Source of the DNA: Alistipes sp.
GTDB taxonomy: Bacteria; Bacteroidota; Bacteroidia; Bacteroidales; Rikenellaceae
Assembly: GCA_017624955.1 (NCBI GenBank)
Contig: JAGAMA010000042.1
Location: 30,318-94,317, forward strand
DNA: 64,000 nucleotides
Direction of reading: 5' to 3'
The notes below the pieces were generated by a model that worked only from the letters and a program-made list of their open reading frames with translations, was not told where the DNA came from and ran no database searches. Every line of letters starts with the position of its first letter. Position 1 is the first letter of the stretch. The position numbers were made by a program, and so were the translations under genes. Below are positions 59,457 to 64,000 of the stretch, one piece after another.

Positions 59457-60338
59457 TTATTCGAGTTCGTAACCGAAGCGGCGCAGCTCGCGGTCGTTGT
59501 TGCGCCAATCGTCATTGACCTTGACATAGAGCTGCAGGAAGACCTTCTTGTCGAGGAAGGCCTCCATATCCTCGCGGGCCGCCTTGCCCACCTTCTTCAG
59601 CTTCTCGCCCTTGTGGCCGATCACGATGCCCTTCTGCGAGTCGCGGGCGACATAGATCGTGGCCGAGATGCGGTCGATCGTCGGCTCCTCCTTGTAGCTA
59701 TCGATGGCAATTTCGCACGAGTAGGGGATCTCCTTATCGTAGAATTTGAGGATCTTCTCGCGGATAATCTCCGAGGCGAAGAAGCGCAGGGTTTTGTCCG
59801 TGAGCGTATCCTTGGGGTAGTAGGCGGGGCCTTCGGGCAGCAGCTCGAGGATCGTCTTGAAGAGCGGCTCGATGTTGAACTGCTCCTTGGCCGATACGGG
59901 GATGATGCGTGCCTCGGGCAGCTCCGTGTGCCACTTCTCGACCAGCTTTTCGAGGTCGGCAGGGTTCGACAAATCGACCTTGTTGATGACCACAATGACC
60001 GGAATCGAGGTCTTTTTGAGCTTCGTAAGAATCTCGGCTGCGCGCTCCGACTCCTCCACCGTGTCGGTCACGAAGAGGATCACATCGGCATCGGTCAGAG
60101 CACCCGTGACGAACTTCATCATCGACTCCTGCAACTTGTAGGAGGGCTTCAGGATGCCCGGCGTGTCGGAATAGACGATCTGGAAATCCTCGCCCGAAAC
60201 AACGCCCATGATGCGGTGACGGGTAGTTTGCGCCTTGGAGGTGATGATCGAGAGCTTCTCGCCCACGAGCTGATTCATGAGGGTCGATTTGCCGACATTC
60301 GGATTACCGATGATATTTACAAAGCCTGATTTGTGCAT
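59457..60338 (-). CDS. era: GTPase Era
   Basis: G1 GNPNVGKST, G3 DTPG, G4 NKVD and a C-terminal KH domain; 293 aa. Confidence 0.93.
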   Translation of the reverse strand: MHKSGFVNIIGNPNVGKSTLMNQLVGEKLSIITSKAQTTRHRIMGVVSGEDFQIVYSDTPGILKPSYKLQESMMKFVTGALTDADVILFVTDTVEESERAAEILTKLKKTSIPVIVVINKVDLSNPADLEKLVEKWHTELPEARIIPVSAKEQFNIEPLFKTILELLPEGPAYYPKDTLTDKTLRFFASEIIREKILKFYDKEIPYSCEIAIDSYKEEPTIDRISATIYVARDSQKGIVIGHKGEKLKKVGKAAREDMEAFLDKKVFLQLYVKVNDDWRNNDRELRRFGYELE

Positions 60339-60360
60339 ATACCTTTTTATTATTCACGCG

Positions 60361-60368
60361 CAAAGGTA
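60361..60368 (-). promoter_or_regulatory. -7 box (TACCTTTG) for era-TPR-MFS
   Basis: Exact TAnnTTTG match 23 nt upstream of ATG 60338 on the minus strand. Confidence 0.45.
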
Positions 60369-60389
60369 GGAATTTATCGGAAATTATCC

Positions 60390-60397
60390 TATTTTTG
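60390..60397 (+). promoter_or_regulatory. -7 box (TATTTTTG) for the LRR lipoprotein gene
   Basis: Exact TAnnTTTG match 35 nt upstream of ATG 60432. Confidence 0.45.
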
Positions 60398-60431
60398 CAC
60401 TACCTATTCTATGTATTTCTAATAACCGATA

Positions 60432-61406
60432 GTGATGAAAAGAGTGATGCTGATGTGGCTTTTGATGCTCTCTGTCTCTTTTGTGGCCTGCAGTGAGGGT
60501 GGTTCGGAGGAGGAGCCGACACCGAAGCCCGAAATTGACTATACGGAGGATATTACAGCACACATTGATGCGAATTTTGCAAAGGAGCTTCAGCGCCACA
60601 AGCTGATTGCTAATGCTTTGCGGATTACTCGTGCCGATGTGCGCAAAATCGAAAAGATTGATTTCGTCTATGGTGATTTGTTGATTACCTACGATCCGAT
60701 TACATCGTTGCGCGGTATCGAATATTTCGAGTCGTTGAAAAAGTTGCGTTGCGATTGCCACAAACTCACCTCGGTCGATTTAAGCCGTAATCCGTTGCTC
60801 GAAGAGGTGTCGTTGGAACAAAATCAACTCAGCTCGGTGCAGTTTGGCGCGAATGACTGCCTGAAGTGGGTCTATATTACCAATAACAAACTTTCGTCCC
60901 TTGATTTTAGTCAGTGTCCGGAGCTCAGGTGGCTCTATTGCGGGCAGAACTCGTCGCTTGGTGCGTTGAATATATCCTCCTGCACGAAGCTCGAGCGCCT
61001 GGTCGCTCTACAAGGTAAGTTAAAGAGTTTGGCGGTTGATCATTGTCCCAATCTCGAGTGGTTGCATGTAGGTGTTAACGCTTTGACGAAATTGGATGTA
61101 AAGCAGAATCCGAAACTGCAATTGCTTCACTGCGAGGGGAATCCGATCAGCGAAATCGATATGGGTGGAAACGCGGAATTGACCGAGTTCGATTGCTCGA
61201 GTTGCCAAATCAAAAAGCTGAATATCAGCAATAATCGAAAATTAAATATCTTCACGCCGCATTGGAATCCGGGCGAGGGTGGTCGATTGGTTGTAGAGGC
61301 GTGGTTTGACGATCAGACGAAGCCTGATTTTATTCGTCATTTATCGAGCACATACGAGTATAACGGCCAAACCGTTGTGATTGAGTACCGCAAAGTGGCC
61401 GATTGA
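60432..61406 (+). CDS. leucine-rich-repeat lipoprotein
   Basis: Lipobox VSFVAC. About 8 tandem ~22-residue repeats of the pattern L..L.C..N.L..LD.S..P.L. Confidence 0.8.
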   Translation: MMKRVMLMWLLMLSVSFVACSEGGSEEEPTPKPEIDYTEDITAHIDANFAKELQRHKLIANALRITRADVRKIEKIDFVYGDLLITYDPITSLRGIEYFESLKKLRCDCHKLTSVDLSRNPLLEEVSLEQNQLSSVQFGANDCLKWVYITNNKLSSLDFSQCPELRWLYCGQNSSLGALNISSCTKLERLVALQGKLKSLAVDHCPNLEWLHVGVNALTKLDVKQNPKLQLLHCEGNPISEIDMGGNAELTEFDCSSCQIKKLNISNNRKLNIFTPHWNPGEGGRLVVEAWFDDQTKPDFIRHLSSTYEYNGQTVVIEYRKVAD

Positions 61407-61495
61407 TTGTCGGTTTATAGATAAAAGTGTATCTTTGTGACCGATATTAGCACCACCCAAGGGAGCGAAGCGACCAAGCCCCTGCCTAAGGCGGG

Positions 61496-61516
61496 GCGGT
61501 TTAAGAAACCGCTTTT
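61496..61516 (+). terminator. Rho-independent terminator after the LRR gene
   Basis: GCGGTTT-aag-AAACCGC followed by TTTT; preceded by a second GC-rich hairpin, GCCCCTGCC-taa-GGCGGGGC. Confidence 0.55.
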
Positions 61517-61635
61517 GCGTTGAGTTTGCAATCAGCAAGAAGTGGGGGTGGGTAAAATCTGCAGACGACGCCAACGGCGGCGGGAACTGCCAGGCCAAGC
61601 GTGAACAGATAGAATAAACATAAAACGATTAATAG

Positions 61636-63087
61636 ATGTCAACGATTACGAATCTTGAACCCAAACTCGTTTGGGAACAGTTTGATGCCATTACGCGCGT
61701 GCCGCGCCCCTCGAAGAAGGAGGGTAAGATTATCGACTTTTTGGTAAACTTTGCCAAGGAGCATGGCATTGAGTATAAGAAGGATGCGATCGGCAACGTG
61801 GTGATGCGCAAGCCGGCCACCGCAGGGATGGAGGAGCATCCGACGGTCATCCTGCAGTCGCATATGGATATGGTCTGCGAGAAGAACTCGGATGTGGAGT
61901 TCGACTTCGAGAACGATCCGATTCGCACCCGCATCGAGGATGGCTGGGTGAAGGCCGAGGGTACGACCTTAGGTGCCGACTGCGGTATCGGTATGGCTGC
62001 CGCGCTGGCTTTGATGCTCGATGAGACGGTGCCTCACGGTCCGCTGGAGGCGCTCTTTACCGTGGATGAGGAGACCGGCCTGACGGGTGCTTTCGAGCTG
62101 GGCGAGGGGATGCTGACGGGCAAATACCTCGTGAACCTCGACTCGGAGGATGAGGGCGAGCTCTTTATCGGTTGTGCCGGCGGTATCGACACGATCGCCA
62201 CGTTCCACGCCAAGATGGTGCCTTCGCCGAAGAACTATGTATTCTACCGCGTCGATGTATCGGACCTGCTGGGTGGCCACTCGGGCGACGATATCGACAA
62301 GGGTCGCGTCAATTCGAATAAGACGTTGGCGCGCCTGATGTGGGAGGGCATGCAGAGCTGCGAGTTGCGCCTGAGCTACTTCTCGGGTGGTAACCTGCGC
62401 AACGCCATTCCGCGTGAGGCTTATGCCATTTTCGGTGTGCCGACGAAGTATAAGGCGGAGTTCGAGGAGCGCTATCGTCTCTTTGCTGCCGATATGGAGC
62501 AGGAGTTCCGCTTCCGTGAGCCGAACTTTAAGATTACGATCAACGAGATGCCCGAGGTGGATCGCGTACTCGACGAAAAGACGCAGAATGCGCTGATATA
62601 CGCCTTGGTGGGTGTGCCTAACGGTGTGATTTCGATGTCGTTTGCCATGCCCGGCCTCGTGGAGACCTCGACGAATCTGGCCTCGGTGAAGTTTGTCGAT
62701 GACGAGACGATTGTTGTCACCTCGTCGCAGCGTTCGTCGGTCGAGAGCGCCAAGACCTATGTGGCACAGATGGTCGAGTCGGTCTTCTCGTTGGCAGGTG
62801 CCGATGTGGCCCATACGGATGGCTACCCGGGTTGGAATCCCAATCCGCAGTCGCGCCTGTTGGAGGTTACGGTAAATGCCTATAAGGATCTCTTCGCTAC
62901 CGAGCCGAAGGTGCGTGCCATCCACGCCGGTCTGGAGTGCGGCCTCTTCTTGGAGAAGTATCCCGAGCTGGAGATGGTCTCGTTCGGTCCTACGCTGCGC
63001 GGTGTCCACTCGCCCGATGAGCGCCTGGAGATTGCCACCGTGCCCAAGTTCTGGGATCTGCTGTGCGAGGTGTTACGCCGTATCTAA
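61636..63087 (+). CDS. pepD: aminoacyl-histidine dipeptidase (M20C, Xaa-His dipeptidase)
   Basis: LEPKLVWEQFDAITRVPRPSKKE...LQSHMDMVCEK is the PepD signature; 483 aa. Confidence 0.92.
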   Translation: MSTITNLEPKLVWEQFDAITRVPRPSKKEGKIIDFLVNFAKEHGIEYKKDAIGNVVMRKPATAGMEEHPTVILQSHMDMVCEKNSDVEFDFENDPIRTRIEDGWVKAEGTTLGADCGIGMAAALALMLDETVPHGPLEALFTVDEETGLTGAFELGEGMLTGKYLVNLDSEDEGELFIGCAGGIDTIATFHAKMVPSPKNYVFYRVDVSDLLGGHSGDDIDKGRVNSNKTLARLMWEGMQSCELRLSYFSGGNLRNAIPREAYAIFGVPTKYKAEFEERYRLFAADMEQEFRFREPNFKITINEMPEVDRVLDEKTQNALIYALVGVPNGVISMSFAMPGLVETSTNLASVKFVDDETIVVTSSQRSSVESAKTYVAQMVESVFSLAGADVAHTDGYPGWNPNPQSRLLEVTVNAYKDLFATEPKVRAIHAGLECGLFLEKYPELEMVSFGPTLRGVHSPDERLEIATVPKFWDLLCEVLRRI

Positions 63088-63096
63088 TGTGAGATT

Positions 63097-64000
63097 ATGC
63101 GCTGGTTGTTGGGCTTGATATTGAGCATGTTGCCGTGGATGGTGGCTGCTCAAATGCCCGATGACGAGCCCTATTACCCCTACGAAGAGTCGGAGTTAAG
63201 GTTCGAAGAGCCGTACTCCGACTCCTTGTTGTTTTATCGGGCCATTCAGCTTGCCGATGACCTCTACGGTCGCGTTACGCGGTATGCGTTGCCGCGCGTG
63301 ACGATTGCCCGACGGGGCGAGAATTACCGAGGCGAGGAGAGTACGCTGCACGGCTTAAGGCTCGACTATCGTTACGAACGGGCGATTCGTGCCCTAGGTG
63401 GCGAGGAGTTTACGGCGGCAGGTGCAGCGATGGGGCTGCAAAGCCTGGGGCGTGTGGGCGGTGTGCAGGAGTATCGCTTCACGGAGGCATTGCCCCTCAA
63501 CCCCTATGAGGCAACGGTGCGCCTGACGGATCGCAACTACCGCGTGGGTGCTACGGTCAGGATGCACCGCGACCTGGGCGCTTGGCAGACGGGCCTTGTG
63601 GTGGATGGCCGCCTGGGACGTGATGCCCGCATCGAGGGGCTTTATACCCATGCCTTTACGTTTGGCGCACGCCTTTCGCGTGCTTGGGGCGATCGAAGCC
63701 GACTGACCCTCTTTGCCGCCCTTCCCGTGTCGCATCGCGGCCTGCGCTCCGCCTCGACCGAGGAGGCCTTCACGCTGACCGACGATCCCTACTACAACCC
63801 TGCCTGGGGCTTTCAGCAGGGGGAGGTGCGCTCGGCGCGGGAAAGAGGGGAGTGGCTGCCCTTTGTGGTGGGGGAGTGGGAGCAATCGCTCGGTGCTTCG
63901 ACCACGCTGCGCGCTGCACTCGCTTTTCAGGCAGGCAAAAGTCGGCAAAGTGCGCTCGGATGGTACGATGCCCGCACACCGCTCCCCGATAACTATCGCT
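63097..64000 (+). CDS. hypothetical secreted/outer-membrane protein; C-terminal part beyond the window edge
   Basis: ATG 63097 lies 10 nt after the pepD stop. My translation gives MRWLLGLILSMLPWMVAAQMPDDEPYYPYEE... and I saw no stop before the window end (codon-checked only over the first ~35 codons). It is absent from the track because there is no stop. Confidence 0.55.
   Translation, partial: MRWLLGLILSMLPWMVAAQMPDDEPYYPYEESELRFEEPYSDSLLFYRAIQLADDLYGRVTRYALPRVTIARRGENYRGEESTLHGLRLDYRYERAIRALGGEEFTAAGAAMGLQSLGRVGGVQEYRFTEALPLNPYEATVRLTDRNYRVGATVRMHRDLGAWQTGLVVDGRLGRDARIEGLYTHAFTFGARLSRAWGDRSRLTLFAALPVSHRGLRSASTEEAFTLTDDPYYNPAWGFQQGEVRSARERGEWLPFVVGEWEQSLGASTTLRAALAFQAGKSRQSALGWYDARTPLPDNYR

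Noticed and set aside
61407-61635. Possible ncRNA (SRP RNA, riboswitch) in the 229-nt gap before pepD.
   Set aside because: I found no SRP, RNase P, tmRNA or riboswitch core motifs. The region is explained by a mosaic-repeat box, two hairpins (one a terminator) and the shared tttgcgttgagtttg motif.

Overview
By eye this is a GC-rich chromosomal segment from a Bacteroidota genome. The gene content, lipoprotein signal peptides and many TAnnTTTG -7 boxes suggest an Alistipes/Rikenellaceae-like organism, but that is inference. Most of the window is a pectin/hexuronate utilisation region. It holds an 8-gene plus-strand operon (12283-25732): esterase, DUF4861-like, GH28, a collagen-like lipoprotein, two PL1 pectate lyases, a CE12-CE8 fusion and GH105. 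It also holds the hexuronate catabolic genes uxaC-kdgK, eda-exuT-uxaB and uxaA-CE8-GH43 (33581-44242), and a second DUF4861-like gene. Housekeeping genes are interspersed: tRNA-Ser(GCU), dnaG, smpB, tsaB, rluB, era, pepD, an M16 peptidase, a MATE pump, an acyl-ACP thioesterase and a GT4. Two things stand out. (1) A three-gene corrinoid methyl-transfer cassette (B12-binding protein, Zn-type MtaA/URO-D-like methyltransferase, MetH-activation-domain protein; 8637-11031) is transcribed divergently from an operon encoding a secreted beta-helix protein, a cytoplasmic GH31, a possible second URO-D-fold protein and a Na+/solute symporter (595-7385). I propose this as a candidate anaerobic methyl-sugar or methanol processing system linked to pectin breakdown. 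(2) Several unusually long non-coding regions (7386-8636, 11220-12282, 25733-26281, plus smaller ones near 36.1, 39.9, 46.2, 55.9 and 61.5 kb) are built from a shared set of mosaic palindromic modules. Some modules keep their hairpins through compensatory substitutions, and four regions end in a duplicated AT-rich promoter cassette pointing into the adjacent operon. I saw no rRNA, CRISPR array, transposase, integrase or recognisable defence system. Many long antisense ORFs in the supplied track look like GC-rich shadow frames and were rejected.
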